Origin: Staphylococcus phage vB_StaM_PB50
Direction: 5' to 3' (one strand)
Length of the DNA stretch: 64,000 nucleotides
Sequence record: OR770614.1
The notes under the pieces are model-generated. The model searched no databases. It had not been told where the DNA came from and saw only the letters and a list, made by a program, of their open reading frames with translations. The first letter of the stretch is position 1, and the number at the start of each line of letters is the position of its first letter. Below, one piece after another: positions 18,989 through 30,143 of this stretch. The position numbers were made by a program, and so were the translations under genes.

Positions 18989-19702
18989 TTATAACCTACC
19001 TTCATATTTAATGTAAAATTCAAAACCATATTCATTTCTAAAATACTGTAAGAAACCATTTATCTTATTGATAATGAAATCTTTATTAGCAAATCTGAAG
19101 TCATATTTACTAATTGTATCTTTTTCTTTTTGAAGTGAGTTTAATTCTTTATTATTCTTATCTAATAACTCTTCATTACTATAGATTCTCTCTTTTAATT
19201 CATTTATTTCTTTTTTAATTTTAAATGAATTATCCATACCTACTAGATTTAATAATGCATTAGATAAAGAACCTAGTTTAATTTTTTCAATTAGTTCATT
19301 ATTTTTATCTTCTAATTCTCTATTATATTTTTTATTATTTCTATTCATAATTTCGATAGTATTTTTTCTAGTGTCTATTTTATTTTCTAATATATTTATT
19401 TGATTATTAATTGATTCTTTTAAAAATTCAATATTCTCTTCTAAGTCATATAAGAATATAATACCTTCGTAAATATCAAATTCAATAAATTTGTTTAAGA
19501 TTAAAAGGGATATATTATTCTTATTTTCAACTATATCAAAATTAGATTTAATATTTTTAATAATAGATGATTTAAAACTAGTATGATTAATTTTAAATAT
19601 CTCATCTGATAAAAAATTATTAATATCTCTTCTTACATTTATAAATAATTCGTTGAGGTATTGATAATTATCAATTGCCTCTTTACGAGATATACGTGTC
19701 AC
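18989..19702 (-). CDS. hypothetical coiled-coil protein
   Basis: 237-aa ORF, tightly packed with its neighbours. Confidence 0.5.
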   Translation of the reverse strand: MTRISRKEAIDNYQYLNELFINVRRDINNFLSDEIFKINHTSFKSSIIKNIKSNFDIVENKNNISLLILNKFIEFDIYEGIIFLYDLEENIEFLKESINNQINILENKIDTRKNTIEIMNRNNKKYNRELEDKNNELIEKIKLGSLSNALLNLVGMDNSFKIKKEINELKERIYSNEELLDKNNKELNSLQKEKDTISKYDFRFANKDFIINKINGFLQYFRNEYGFEFYIKYEGRL

Positions 19703-19722
19703 AATACCTCAACTACCTTTCT

Positions 19723-21279
19723 TTATTTTAACTTAAAATCAGTAACGTTTAAAGCTTTTTTCTTAAATACATTTTTTAATCTATTATTAGCTTGCGTTAC
19801 TAGTTTTTTAAAACCATGATCGACAAAATCAAAATACATCAATTTTTCATTTTCAATATAGCGTAATCTTCCCATTATCTGTATAACTTTACTTTCAGAA
19901 GATAATGGAACTGTATTAATGACAGCTTTGAGATCAGGTATGTCTATACCTGTTCCTAAAGATAAATCTGTAGTAATTATTAGATTAGATTCTAATACTT
20001 TAGATTTTTCTTCTTTATCAATTCCATCATAGTAGCGAATACAGTTTAGAAATTCTAATCCTTCTTTACCTAATTTTTCTTCTAAATAGTAATAAAACTC
20101 ATCTATCATATTTTTCAATTTAAACATAACGACAGTTTTTCTTATTTCTTTTTTCATAATAACTTCATTAATGATATTAAATATCATATCAAAATATTTA
20201 TCTTTTCTCTCATCTTTATCTATAAGATATTTACTGTAATGATTTACATTAAGACCATTTCTTCTTGATGCTGAAACAAAATCTGCTAGCTCTGTTTCAC
20301 TAGGTTCACTATTGTAGCGTATAATGAACACATCATGATATTTAGATGGTATCTTTCTATTAGAAGCTATTTGTTTATCATAATTGTCAGATCTAAATAT
20401 AGGAACATTTAAGAATATATTATTAAATACAAAGTTCTCTGATTTATCAGATCTTTCAGGAGTTGCAGAGAGATATATAGACGGTAAATCTGTTTGTATA
20501 TCTATATTTGTTAAACTTCTAAAGTCTAAATGTGCTTCATCAAATATCTTAATAGATACTTTAGTTTTAAATATTAGTTCTTGTAGTTTTTCAATGTCGT
20601 CTTCTATAAATGAATTTAATGTCTTATACATAACTATATAGAAATCTATTTTATTACGTTCATCAGACTTCATTTTAAATAATTTATTAATACTTGATTT
20701 ACCTTGAATAATATATATTCTTTCATCATCAATATTGGTATATTCTTTAATCTTATCAAACCATTGTTCTTTAAGTTTATTATTATTGACAAATATCATA
20801 GGAACTAACTGACGATCAATAACACTTTTTAAAGCACAAAAAGTTTTACCTTCACCAGTTTTAAGTGATAAAAATTTCTGAGTTGAAGCTTCATATATAC
20901 TAAAAGCATTTAAGAATTCAATAGATTTCTTTTGTAATAAATCTCTTGGTTTAAAATTCATTTCTACATCATAATTCTTTTTAGGTTTAAAATATAAATT
21001 GTCTACTTTTCTAAAATCTTGAAAATCTACTTCTCCATGATTTTGTAATGACTGAATTAGTATCTTCATATTTATTCCAGCAGGAAATGATATAGTTTTC
21101 TCTTCTTCATTATATACGAAAGCTTTATACGTATGTTTAAAGTATATTTTATCCCATACAGATAGATACTTCTCTATTGCTGAACAATATCCTAGTTCAT
21201 AATTTTCAACAAGAATTCGTGTCGGATAAACCGACACTTTTATTTTTCTTGTTTTATTTAAAACTACCATAAATTTCAA
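19723..21279 (-). CDS. SF2 DEAH-box helicase
   Basis: Walker A LKTGEGKTF, motif II IFDEAHL, motif III LSATP, motif VI QIMGRLRY. Confidence 0.7.
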   Translation of the reverse strand: MKFMVVLNKTRKIKVSVYPTRILVENYELGYCSAIEKYLSVWDKIYFKHTYKAFVYNEEEKTISFPAGINMKILIQSLQNHGEVDFQDFRKVDNLYFKPKKNYDVEMNFKPRDLLQKKSIEFLNAFSIYEASTQKFLSLKTGEGKTFCALKSVIDRQLVPMIFVNNNKLKEQWFDKIKEYTNIDDERIYIIQGKSSINKLFKMKSDERNKIDFYIVMYKTLNSFIEDDIEKLQELIFKTKVSIKIFDEAHLDFRSLTNIDIQTDLPSIYLSATPERSDKSENFVFNNIFLNVPIFRSDNYDKQIASNRKIPSKYHDVFIIRYNSEPSETELADFVSASRRNGLNVNHYSKYLIDKDERKDKYFDMIFNIINEVIMKKEIRKTVVMFKLKNMIDEFYYYLEEKLGKEGLEFLNCIRYYDGIDKEEKSKVLESNLIITTDLSLGTGIDIPDLKAVINTVPLSSESKVIQIMGRLRYIENEKLMYFDFVDHGFKKLVTQANNRLKNVFKKKALNVTDFKLK

Positions 21280-21287
21280 CTACTTTC

Positions 21288-21746
21288 TTATTTATTAATT
21301 TCAATTGTAGAAGAAAATACGTTATTAATTATTTGAAAGATATCAGGTCCATCAGCTTTAAACATTCCTGAAAGATCAAATGTAGCATTTTCATCTTCTA
21401 AATTAACATATACAGGCATAGGACCGAATAAAATATCAGAAACAACATAGAATAAACCTTCTTTGAATTGATTATTTTCTTCAGCTTTAATTAGAGTAAT
21501 CTGTTGATCTTCTTCTTTATCTACAATAATATTTAATTTATAAATATCTTTAGAAGTAATACCATCTTTTGAGTATTTTAAATAATCTTCAACATTTTCA
21601 TTAATTAATTTAGTAATAGAAAAAGTACCTTTTTCTGAATTGAAAAAAGCATCTTTAATCTCTTTTAAGTATTTATCTTCTGTATTTAACTCAATTGTAA
21701 CTTCTTTAGGGTATTCTAATTCTTTTAATTTAGTAACTTTCAGCAT
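21288..21746 (-). CDS. hypothetical protein
   Basis: 152-aa ORF. Confidence 0.45.
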   Translation of the reverse strand: MLKVTKLKELEYPKEVTIELNTEDKYLKEIKDAFFNSEKGTFSITKLINENVEDYLKYSKDGITSKDIYKLNIIVDKEEDQQITLIKAEENNQFKEGLFYVVSDILFGPMPVYVNLEDENATFDLSGMFKADGPDIFQIINNVFSSTIEINK

Positions 21747-21815
21747 ATTGAAAATTCTCCATTCTATATAATTTTAAAATTTTATATCTATCAGTTATTA
21801 TAAATTTTTAATTTT

Positions 21816-22109
21816 TTACGAATTAATTTCTCTAATTATCTTTTTATTTAAATCTTCAAACTCATAAATATCTTCAATAGAAAAACTATGTGAAGACACA
21901 GGTATATCATCTTTAGTTAATAAGAATGAAAGTACATATTTATCATTAATATCAGCATCAGAAATTAAATATATATTTCGTTCACCATCGTCATTAATAT
22001 TGTCAAATACCGCATCACAATTTTTAAATATCGCCTTTAGTAATTCATCTTTATCATAATGAAACTTCTCTAATAAATTATCATTAAAAATATTTTCTTC
22101 ATTAATCAT
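21816..22109 (-). CDS. hypothetical acidic protein
   Basis: 97-aa ORF. Confidence 0.4.
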   Translation of the reverse strand: MINEENIFNDNLLEKFHYDKDELLKAIFKNCDAVFDNINDDGERNIYLISDADINDKYVLSFLLTKDDIPVSSHSFSIEDIYEFEDLNKKIIREINS

Positions 22110-22185
22110 ACTTAAATTCCTCCTTAGTAATTTTTATATAATATACCAAACTCTAAAGTTAATTAGAGTTTGGTTAAATCAATTA

Positions 22186-24102
22186 TTAAATATCAAAATC
22201 AAATAATGGATCGAACATAGATTCATCATCTTTACTGAAGAATCCATTAGTTTCATCTGTAGTAAGCTGAGCACGAACATTTTCAAATATCAATGAATGT
22301 ACTGGTGAAGGTGAATTTAATATAGAGTTACCTACATTACGTAAAGTAATTTTAGGATTAAAGTCAGGATCTTTATATTTCACTCTATCTTTATATATAG
22401 TATCATTTAAGAATACCATATTACGAATAATAGTCTCAACATGAACTGACATAACATCTGTACCTGATTTTAATAATAGATCCATTACATCATTAAACAT
22501 TCTTTGATAATCTTTTTCTTCATAATCATTCTTAATAAAATTACTTCTTTCTAATATAGAACGAATTTTTAGAAGTGGATCTGCGACACCTTCATTTTTA
22601 ATTTTAATATTAAATAAGAAATTCTCTCCTAAATCTTTCATATTAAATACATAAGCATTTTCATCTTCATTGTAGAATTTTTCAATTGAATCAAATTTCT
22701 GATCTGGTATTCTAAGAATAACAGGTGATTTAACTTCATGTACTTTAGTACCTATTTTAAATTTAAATGATTTAGCTTTATATTTTCCATAATCAATATC
22801 TTCATTAATAATCATATCATCTATAATAACTTTAGTTTTCTCATCACGAGGAATAATATTATCACCAGAGAATTCAAAGTGTTCGTTAAATATATCTGGC
22901 CATGAGAATTCAGAAAGTTGAACAGCTTGAAGATGCTTTGTTGAAAGTAATTTCTGTGTCATAGGTTCTGTTAACTGTAATGTAGCTATGATACCTACTG
23001 CTAAATTTCTATTAATATCATATAGTCTTCTTCCATAACACATTTGACATATTTTACCATTTGGTTCAGCACATGTTATAGGAGATCTTAATGGTACAAT
23101 TTGCCCTATTAAATGAACATCATTTCTACTATCAATTAATTTAAATTCTTGATCGTTATCATCATAATAATATCTATCATTAATACGATCTAGTTTTTCT
23201 TGACTATCTACATTAAAGTAAAGTAAGTGCTTACTACCACAATCATGATTATCTGATAGTTTTAAATCTGAAGTTAATAATGTAATCTTACGGTTTAAGT
23301 ATCCTGATTCTCTAACTTTATTCTTAGAGTTCATTAATGCATTTAAAGAAGATTCTGCATCAATAGCAAATTGAGTTGTATTCTTTAATCCACGCATAAA
23401 TGAAGTATCAATAATATCAGTAACAACATCTCCACGAATATCAGGTTTAAATCCTACAAAACTTAATACCTCATTCAATTGTATTTTATTTATACCTGTT
23501 CCTGACTCTAAGAAAGTTTTATAATCATTTTCTTTATCCATCTTAATATGTTTAATAAGATTATCCATATTAGGTTTTTGAACTTCATTAATAATTTGTT
23601 GATACGTTAAATTAGGATCGATATCGTCATTATCAAAGTTAATTAATCTTTCAATTTCTTTATCTTCATTAGCTAATCTCATAATATCATATAAAGATAT
23701 AGAAGGTCCATCTACAGGAAGAATATATTCATTTGAGAATATAGTAAGTTCATCAATGATATAAGCTATTGATTGACTGATTTTAATAGGATCATGTCCT
23801 TCTTTAATAAAGTTCACTACAATTTTATCAAAATAATCATAGTATTCATTAATATTAGTTGGATTAACTAAATACTCTTCTGTAAATTTCTTATTCATTT
23901 CTCTAAAAGGTTTTCCTAAAATTAATAATGTTAAATAATTACTTTTAGAAATATTATCTTCAAAATAGTCATTCATTCTATCTTTAGGGTTATTAATAAT
24001 ATCCTGCTTTAATTCTTCTATTATTTCATAATAATTATCTGAATGTAAATAATTATTATATTTACCCAATTTTAAATCCAAAACTAACTTTTCTTCACTC
24101 AT
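22186..24102 (-). CDS. multisubunit RNA polymerase beta-prime-like subunit, C-terminal fragment (regions F to G/H)
   Basis: ESGYLNRKITLLTSDLKL aligns with ANSGYLTRRLVDVAQDLVV (region F). CQMCYGRRLYDINRNLAVGIIATLQLTEPMTQKLLSTKH aligns with [37 protein letters not shown] (region G / trigger loop). It has its own start, and the candidate promoter motif lies upstream. Confidence 0.75.
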   Translation of the reverse strand: MSEEKLVLDLKLGKYNNYLHSDNYYEIIEELKQDIINNPKDRMNDYFEDNISKSNYLTLLILGKPFREMNKKFTEEYLVNPTNINEYYDYFDKIVVNFIKEGHDPIKISQSIAYIIDELTIFSNEYILPVDGPSISLYDIMRLANEDKEIERLINFDNDDIDPNLTYQQIINEVQKPNMDNLIKHIKMDKENDYKTFLESGTGINKIQLNEVLSFVGFKPDIRGDVVTDIIDTSFMRGLKNTTQFAIDAESSLNALMNSKNKVRESGYLNRKITLLTSDLKLSDNHDCGSKHLLYFNVDSQEKLDRINDRYYYDDNDQEFKLIDSRNDVHLIGQIVPLRSPITCAEPNGKICQMCYGRRLYDINRNLAVGIIATLQLTEPMTQKLLSTKHLQAVQLSEFSWPDIFNEHFEFSGDNIIPRDEKTKVIIDDMIINEDIDYGKYKAKSFKFKIGTKVHEVKSPVILRIPDQKFDSIEKFYNEDENAYVFNMKDLGENFLFNIKIKNEGVADPLLKIRSILERSNFIKNDYEEKDYQRMFNDVMDLLLKSGTDVMSVHVETIIRNMVFLNDTIYKDRVKYKDPDFNPKITLRNVGNSILNSPSPVHSLIFENVRAQLTTDETNGFFSKDDESMFDPLFDFDI

Positions 24103-24145
24103 ATCCTAATCTCTCCTTAAGTATAAATAAATCAAATATTGTTAC

Positions 24146-24166
24146 ATGTTTATAATATATAATTGA
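24146..24166 (-). promoter_or_regulatory. variant of the conserved AT-rich motif (GTTTATAATATATAATTG) upstream of the beta-prime C gene
   Basis: Lies 45-65 nt upstream of the start at 24102. Confidence 0.3.
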
Positions 24167-24208
24167 ATAATGATTTGTAATAAACCATTATTCAATTATT
24201 TTTATATC

Positions 24209-26695
24209 TTAAAAATCACTATCATCATCTGCATTGTTATCATCAGAACCAAATGAATCATCATCTGTATTACCATCAGAACCAAATGAATCATCATCAG
24301 ATTTTTTTGATAACTCATCTTCTTTTTTATCTTTTTCTATATCTTTTTTAACATTCTCAATAATGTTTTCAAATCTATCATAAGATAAATTAGACATAAA
24401 TTCTTGTGTTACTAATTCTTTCCTAAATAATCTCTTAAGTTTATCATTTTCAGTCTCGTCTTCAGTTTCTGGAGTATATAAAGGAACTAAGAAATCTAAC
24501 ATTTGTGTTACTGCACCAACTTCTTCATTTAAATTACCTAAATTTAAAAATACTGGTGGTGGGAAATATGCTTCTATTTCTGATACAGTTCCTAATAGTT
24601 CTTCATAATCTTTTTCATTATTAGTTTCTTTATTTTCTAAATAATATAAACGTCTTAATACTTTAGTAAAGAAATCTCCAAATGAATTTTGATAGTTAAC
24701 TACTTTTCTTACAAATCCATTATTTTGCATTGCTAATGATCTTGCATAATCAGTTTCAGCTTCAGAATCAATATAATTTAAAGGTACTCCTGTACCTGAA
24801 ATAACGGATTTCTTAAGCCATTCTAAGAATTCATCATTAATATCAATTTGAATACCTGAAATGGTATCTATTTCTAAAGGTGTATTACCATCTTTATTCT
24901 CAGGAATGTACATGTTCTCTAAATTACCTACTTGGTTAAACATTGTTTGAACTGATGTTCCATCTCCAAACATACCAGAAGACATTTCACTAGATCTTAC
25001 ATTACGGATAACTTCTTCTACAGTACCTTCATAATCATCATCTAATCCAGATTTAACTCTAAATACACGTCTATCTCTTGACTGATTTATTTTAACCATC
25101 ATTGTAGTAATTAATGTACTTAAATATAATTTAGCAAAGAATAATGATTTGTATAATCTTGAAACTCCATATGTCTTCTGACTATCAAGTTTATGATGTA
25201 CAACTTCTTCAGGTTCTAAGTACGTTAATTTAATACCATTTTCAATAATATAATTTTTACGTATTAAACGATATATAACATCTTTAAAAGAATCATTTTT
25301 ATTTACAAAATCCATATCAATCTTTTTAGCTATACCTTTAACCATTACATCTACAAGACCTTGATAAGCCATTAATGTATTACCATTTTCAAAGTAAGAA
25401 CCTGAAGTAGCATTCATTCCAGCATTTGGATTTTTAGAATTAGTAGTTGTTCCTCCCGTAGCTGAATTACCTGTAACAGGATCTAAATTAGTTATTCCCA
25501 TTCCATTTGGCATAGAACCCATTTGGGATTGTTTTTGATATCCATCTCCCATAATACCGTTCATAGCACTTAATAAAGGATTTGCTCCTCCTCTAATATC
25601 AGTACCAGAATCAGGTTCAATATAAAGATAACCAATACATAAACCATCAATTTCTAATTTAATCATATCTTCTGGATTAACATTTCGGAAATATGTAGTT
25701 CCACTTTTAATCTTTTTATCTCTGTTACTTCCTTGAGCTTTATCTAAGAAAGATTGAAGGTCATTTGAACCTTTATATTTACCAACATCAGAAAGCAATT
25801 CAGAAGAATTTTTAAAGAACTCTACATTTTCATTAATACTCTTAAGAATCTCATTTTTAAAATTTTCTTTTTGTAATTTAACATTCTTTTCATCTTTATA
25901 TATTGATCCTTCATCAATATGATTATTTAATTCCTTAAGTAAGATATCTAAATCTTCATTATTAATTTCTTCATCTAAAAATGATTCATTAATAACTTTA
26001 GCATCATCAACAGAAGAACTTTCTCTACCTAAAACATCATCGTTCTCAGTAAGTATTTCTTCAAAATCTTTTCTAGTATCTTTAATAATATAGAAGAGAT
26101 CACCTAACATTAATCCTTCTCTCACTGAAGGATATATTAATTTATTTAAATCATATTTATCTACAATACGATCTAATTCTCTTTTAACTTTTCTATTCTC
26201 TTCATTATTTTCATTAATGTCAGATTTATATCTATACATTAATGATAATTTACTAGTATCATCAGGAGCTATAATTGAAGTTGAGAATACATCTATACTA
26301 GAAGAAATTTCTGGTATAAATTTATCTATAATACGATAATCATCATATCTAGATATTCTAGCTACTTCAGTACTAAAATCTTGATCATCGATATTCTCTT
26401 TAATAAAATCATTAACAAAGTTTTGTCTCTCATCTTTAGATACAGTTTTATTCCTTCTACTGTTACTCATTTCTTTAGCAGTAACCTTAGCACCTAAAGA
26501 TAATAAATCTCCACCATTTTCATCTCTATGACTAGTTTTTCTTCTTATATTAGGCAATCTTTTATTAAAATCGTTAATACTATTTCCTAGTATTTTAGGA
26601 TTTTCTTCAGGATCTAAACTTTTAATAATATCTTTATCTAAATTATTAAAAGAATTATTTATTTTATTATTTTCATCAGCCAAATTCCATTTCAT
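24209..26695 (-). CDS. large hypothetical protein (828 aa) with a Gly/Asn/Thr-rich internal segment and an acidic C-terminus with DDDSFGSD repeats
   Basis: Long ORF with no recognisable catalytic motif. The repeats DDDSFGSDGNTDDDSFGSDDNNADDDSDF are at the C-terminus. Confidence 0.5.
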   Translation of the reverse strand: MKWNLADENNKINNSFNNLDKDIIKSLDPEENPKILGNSINDFNKRLPNIRRKTSHRDENGGDLLSLGAKVTAKEMSNSRRNKTVSKDERQNFVNDFIKENIDDQDFSTEVARISRYDDYRIIDKFIPEISSSIDVFSTSIIAPDDTSKLSLMYRYKSDINENNEENRKVKRELDRIVDKYDLNKLIYPSVREGLMLGDLFYIIKDTRKDFEEILTENDDVLGRESSSVDDAKVINESFLDEEINNEDLDILLKELNNHIDEGSIYKDEKNVKLQKENFKNEILKSINENVEFFKNSSELLSDVGKYKGSNDLQSFLDKAQGSNRDKKIKSGTTYFRNVNPEDMIKLEIDGLCIGYLYIEPDSGTDIRGGANPLLSAMNGIMGDGYQKQSQMGSMPNGMGITNLDPVTGNSATGGTTTNSKNPNAGMNATSGSYFENGNTLMAYQGLVDVMVKGIAKKIDMDFVNKNDSFKDVIYRLIRKNYIIENGIKLTYLEPEEVVHHKLDSQKTYGVSRLYKSLFFAKLYLSTLITTMMVKINQSRDRRVFRVKSGLDDDYEGTVEEVIRNVRSSEMSSGMFGDGTSVQTMFNQVGNLENMYIPENKDGNTPLEIDTISGIQIDINDEFLEWLKKSVISGTGVPLNYIDSEAETDYARSLAMQNNGFVRKVVNYQNSFGDFFTKVLRRLYYLENKETNNEKDYEELLGTVSEIEAYFPPPVFLNLGNLNEEVGAVTQMLDFLVPLYTPETEDETENDKLKRLFRKELVTQEFMSNLSYDRFENIIENVKKDIEKDKKEDELSKKSDDDSFGSDGNTDDDSFGSDDNNADDDSDF

Positions 26696-26720
26696 CTCCT
26701 TTTTAGAATTTTTCCTTACA

Positions 26721-27506
26721 TTATATATTATAAATCAAAAAATCTAAATTTGCTATAAATTTATCTTGAGAAATTGAAAATTTTAGTAAGATAAATTCAC
26801 TATATACATCTGTTTCCGGAGCAAAGATATCTACATGAACTTCAGGACAAACAATATTTCCTTTTGTCGTTTTATATTTTAATCCTAATAGATATTTCTT
26901 TGAAGTTCTGAAATCAATTAAATAATCATCTTCATCATAAATATAATACGGTTCTCTTACAAACATTTCATTTTCAGTAAATATACATTTAAAGAATTCA
27001 GAAGGTTTACATTCTTTAATATATAATAAAGATTTTTCATCTAAATTAAAAGAATAGAAAGGATCTGATTCTTTAAGAAATTTAATAGCATCCTCTGTAT
27101 AATTATATTCTTCATTGATATTCTCTTCAATATGATAATCTTTATCATCAATAATTGTTTCTAAATCAGATTCTCTAGTAAACTTAATACCTTTATTATC
27201 TTCATCATTAAAGAATTCTACTTTAATAATTTTATCAGCTTTATTAGTTCTAACTTGTATAAAATCTTCTACATTAAAGCTACAATATTCAATTGGAAGA
27301 AGATAATCATAAATTGGATTATCTTCTTTAATTTGTACATTAACATTATTAGGTATAGTCTCTAAATTAGAACCATTAGTAAATACATTATTTTTGAAAT
27401 CTATCAATTTATTTCCATTTTCAATATTATTAAATAATTTAGAAATTTCTTCAAAAGTCATGACTAATTTATTTACTATTTTACTTTCTTCAATTAAAAT
27501 ACTCAA
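26721..27506 (-). CDS. hypothetical protein
   Basis: 261-aa ORF. Confidence 0.5.
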   Translation of the reverse strand: MSILIEESKIVNKLVMTFEEISKLFNNIENGNKLIDFKNNVFTNGSNLETIPNNVNVQIKEDNPIYDYLLPIEYCSFNVEDFIQVRTNKADKIIKVEFFNDEDNKGIKFTRESDLETIIDDKDYHIEENINEEYNYTEDAIKFLKESDPFYSFNLDEKSLLYIKECKPSEFFKCIFTENEMFVREPYYIYDEDDYLIDFRTSKKYLLGLKYKTTKGNIVCPEVHVDIFAPETDVYSEFILLKFSISQDKFIANLDFLIYNI

Positions 27507-27509
27507 AGG

Positions 27510-30143
27510 TTAAGCTCCTTTACTTTTTATTTTATCAGATACTTTCTTAGCTGCAACATTCAATGGAGGTAAACCATGAAATTCTTGAGCAAATGCTACA
27601 CTATCTTGACTGTTAAATTTACTAATAAATTCAGTATTAAAGTCGTAATTTAATTTGTCTTCTTCATACTTAGGAACTGTCATTGTAGATTTATCTTGTA
27701 TTTGAATTTTACCTATATGTCCTTCAGGTGTTATATTATATGCTCTAATAATAGATGGATATAGAGCAGTCAAGTCAAAGTCACAAACATTACTAAATAA
27801 TCTATTAGATCTAATATCTCTACCTTTAACTAAAATATCACCCATACGTTCTATTAATGTCATATTAGCTACAAATCCACCACGTATTTTATCTGCGTTT
27901 GGATCAGATAGTATTTTAGAGTGATTATTACTTAATACATATCCTTGATTTTCAAAGAAGACAGAACTACGATTTCTTAAACAAATAGTTTTCTTAAGTG
28001 CTTTACTTGGTCTCGTTCTAGTCATATCTACAATAGAGAATAATAAATCAAACATATTAGTGTTCTTTTCTATTAAAGCAGTTAATACTGTATCTTTAAT
28101 ATTGTATAGAATAAATGTATAATAATCTCTAAAATGTAAATCAGAGATAGATCCTTCATATACATCCTTTTTAATACCAGTTTCTTTTTCACCAACATCA
28201 TTTAACTTAACTGATTCCATAACACCATTTGGTTTATTTACATTTGCATATAAAGCTAATTGGTCAATCCAGTTAGTGTATGAGTTAGTTTCGAATGTAG
28301 ATGATCTATTAGCTGCATCTGTAGCATTTTTATCTAATCTATAATAAGCTTTTTTATCTTGTAAATCTTTAGAACAGAAATAATCAGCTGGATCTTCTCC
28401 ATTAGCTCTGATTCTTTCAAATATAGCAGGAAAATCGTAATCAAGATTCCACTTTTATTTAAATAGACTGTATCTTATTTGTTATTTAAACAAATTTCCT
28501 TATTCAGTCGTTGAACGTATATTAATACGATGCTGATTAGTTTAAACACTTCCAGCAATTAAAGGAATTTTACACGACCTAGAATTTTGATTAAGCCGTA
28601 CATACATCAGGTTTACTAATTTCATTAATATAATATAAAAATGCTTTTATAATTTCCATTTCAGATTCTAATTCATATATTTCAAATTCTAATCCTAGAT
28701 TACCAATTTTACTATTTTCATTATTATAAATATTATTTAAATCTTCTAACAGTTTACTTTTATTTTCCATAGTTTCTTTATAAGTATCTGTATCATATTT
28801 TAAAGCAAATGTTAAACATTTACGTTTACTCCAGTCAACAGCAGTTATAATATTAACTTCAGCCTCTGCTTTTTCTGGTTCAGGGACATTTATATTAACT
28901 TTATACAATTGTATAAAGATTAGACTATATCTTTTAAATTCAAATATATTTCCATTTAAAATTTTTGTAAGTTTTACTATTTCTATAACCATTTGCAACT
29001 GCTTGTATTCCTTTTCTATCTATATTTAATTCTTCCGCTGCAAATTTAGCACTTTCATATTCTTTTATAATTTTATCTGTTTCTTTATCTATTTGTGCCA
29101 CTGGTTTTCTTCTCTTTTTTAATGATTCTTCCATTTTATCAGTTTTATGAAGATTATTTTCTATAGCATGTAAATTATTTTCTAATACTGACATCCATTC
29201 TAAATTAGATAAATTATTATTTAATTTATTACCGTCAATATGATTAACTACATTTTTATCAATATCTTTATTTTCGATAAAATTCTCTGCAACTAAACGG
29301 TGTATTCTTCTTGTATGCTTCTTATTATTTTTATATAATTGAACATCTTCATAACCATTTTTATTTATTCTTGTCTTTAATACTCTTTCTTTAATAAGCA
29401 TTCTTTTATCTTTACCTTTTAAAGAATCATTATATACATATCTTGAAACCGATTTAACTTTACCAGTATTGGATATTTTATAGTAATTTTCAAAATCTTT
29501 AATGTCTTTCCATATTTCTTTCATTATTTTCCTCCTTTTATAAAGGAAGTATATTTGAATTATATTATTATATTTAGTCGTTGAACACTAAATTAGTGAT
29601 GCTGATTATTTTTAAACTTTTCAGCAATTAATAATTTTTTAATTGAGCTACCTAAATTAACCCAACTGTTTGCGAAGAATCAACTTCTATATCAAAGAAA
29701 ACTATATCAATTCCAACTTTACTATCTAAGTTTTGTTTGATATACTCATTAATATTATAATCTTCAATATTAATATCAGATCCATGAACATTATTCATTA
29801 AATGAAAATCTTTTAATTTTCTAAACTCTTCATAATTACCTGAAGATAATATTCTATCGTATTCTGATTTATCTTGAGCATTACCTGCTTCTCTAACTAT
29901 AGATTTAATAACATCTTTATGTTTACAGTGTACAGTTCTAACTTTTTCTTTAGCCATAGAACCTACAACTATATTAGGTGGTAACCAATGTTCATCTTTA
30001 GTTACATAATAATGCATCATAGGATCTACTATTTCCATATGTTTCTTAGTTCCATCTTCTTCTTTGACTACCATTACTACTTTTTCTTTTTTATTAGATG
30101 TTTCTTTTTTATTCAAATATGTTGATTTTATAAAACGACCCAT
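27510..30143 (-). CDS. family-B DNA polymerase, N-terminal half (exonuclease motif I through polymerase motif A); three exons approx 30143-29660, 28898-28595, 28451-27510 separated by two group I introns
   Basis: Exo I: IVFFDIEVDSS. ESEMEIIKAFLYYINEISKPDV|WNLDYDFPAIFERI matches the E..LL..F...I....PDII.GYN..FD.PYL block. Motif A: CDFDLTALYPSIIRAYNITPE. The gene stops about 70 aa after motif A. Motifs B and C are in a separate gene at 49872-51988. Confidence 0.85.
28452..28594 (-). mobile_element. group I intron (ORF-less, about 143 nt) in polB-N
   Basis: On the minus strand: P TTAATTGCTGGAAGTG, Q AATCAGCATC, P6 GTATTAATATAC, R GTTCAACGACTGAAT, P8 AAATTTGTT..ACAAAT, S ATACAGTCTAT, then a G before the exon TGGAATCTT (WNLDY). 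R and S carry a compensatory pair (GACUG/CAGUC versus GACUA/UAGUC in the other copies). Confidence 0.7.
28899..29659 (-). mobile_element. group I intron carrying an HNH homing endonuclease ORF (inserted between R and S), in polB-N
   Basis: On the minus strand: exon ...GTTGGGT then intron TAATTTAGG..., P TAATTGCTGAAAAG, Q TAATCAGCATC, R GTTCAACGACTAAAT, then RBS AAAGGAGG and the HNH ORF; S AAGATATAGTCTAAT sits after the ORF (plus-strand 28909-28925), then P9 TATACAATTGTATA and a terminal G at 28899. Confidence 0.7.
28940..29524 (-). CDS. HNH homing endonuclease (intron-encoded; NUMOD4-like N-terminus, HNH core, IENR/NUMOD1-like C-terminal DNA-binding motif)
   Basis: NTGKVKSVSRYVY ... HTRRIHRLVAENFIENKD ... 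VVNHIDGNKLNNNLSNLEW and the C-terminal AAEELNIDRKGIQAVANG. Strong RBS AAAGGAGG is 8 nt upstream. Confidence 0.85.
   Translation of the reverse strand: MKEIWKDIKDFENYYKISNTGKVKSVSRYVYNDSLKGKDKRMLIKERVLKTRINKNGYEDVQLYKNNKKHTRRIHRLVAENFIENKDIDKNVVNHIDGNKLNNNLSNLEWMSVLENNLHAIENNLHKTDKMEESLKKRRKPVAQIDKETDKIIKEYESAKFAAEELNIDRKGIQAVANGYRNSKTYKNFKWKYI

Noticed and set aside
28591-28998. ORF-track ORF 28591..28998 as an independent gene
   Set aside because: It is chimeric. Its 5' part overlaps the HNH gene 3' end and the intron S/P9 region. Only roughly 28595-28898 is coding, as a polB exon (…NINVPEPEKAEAEVNIITAVDWS…EMEIIKAFLYYINEISKPDV).
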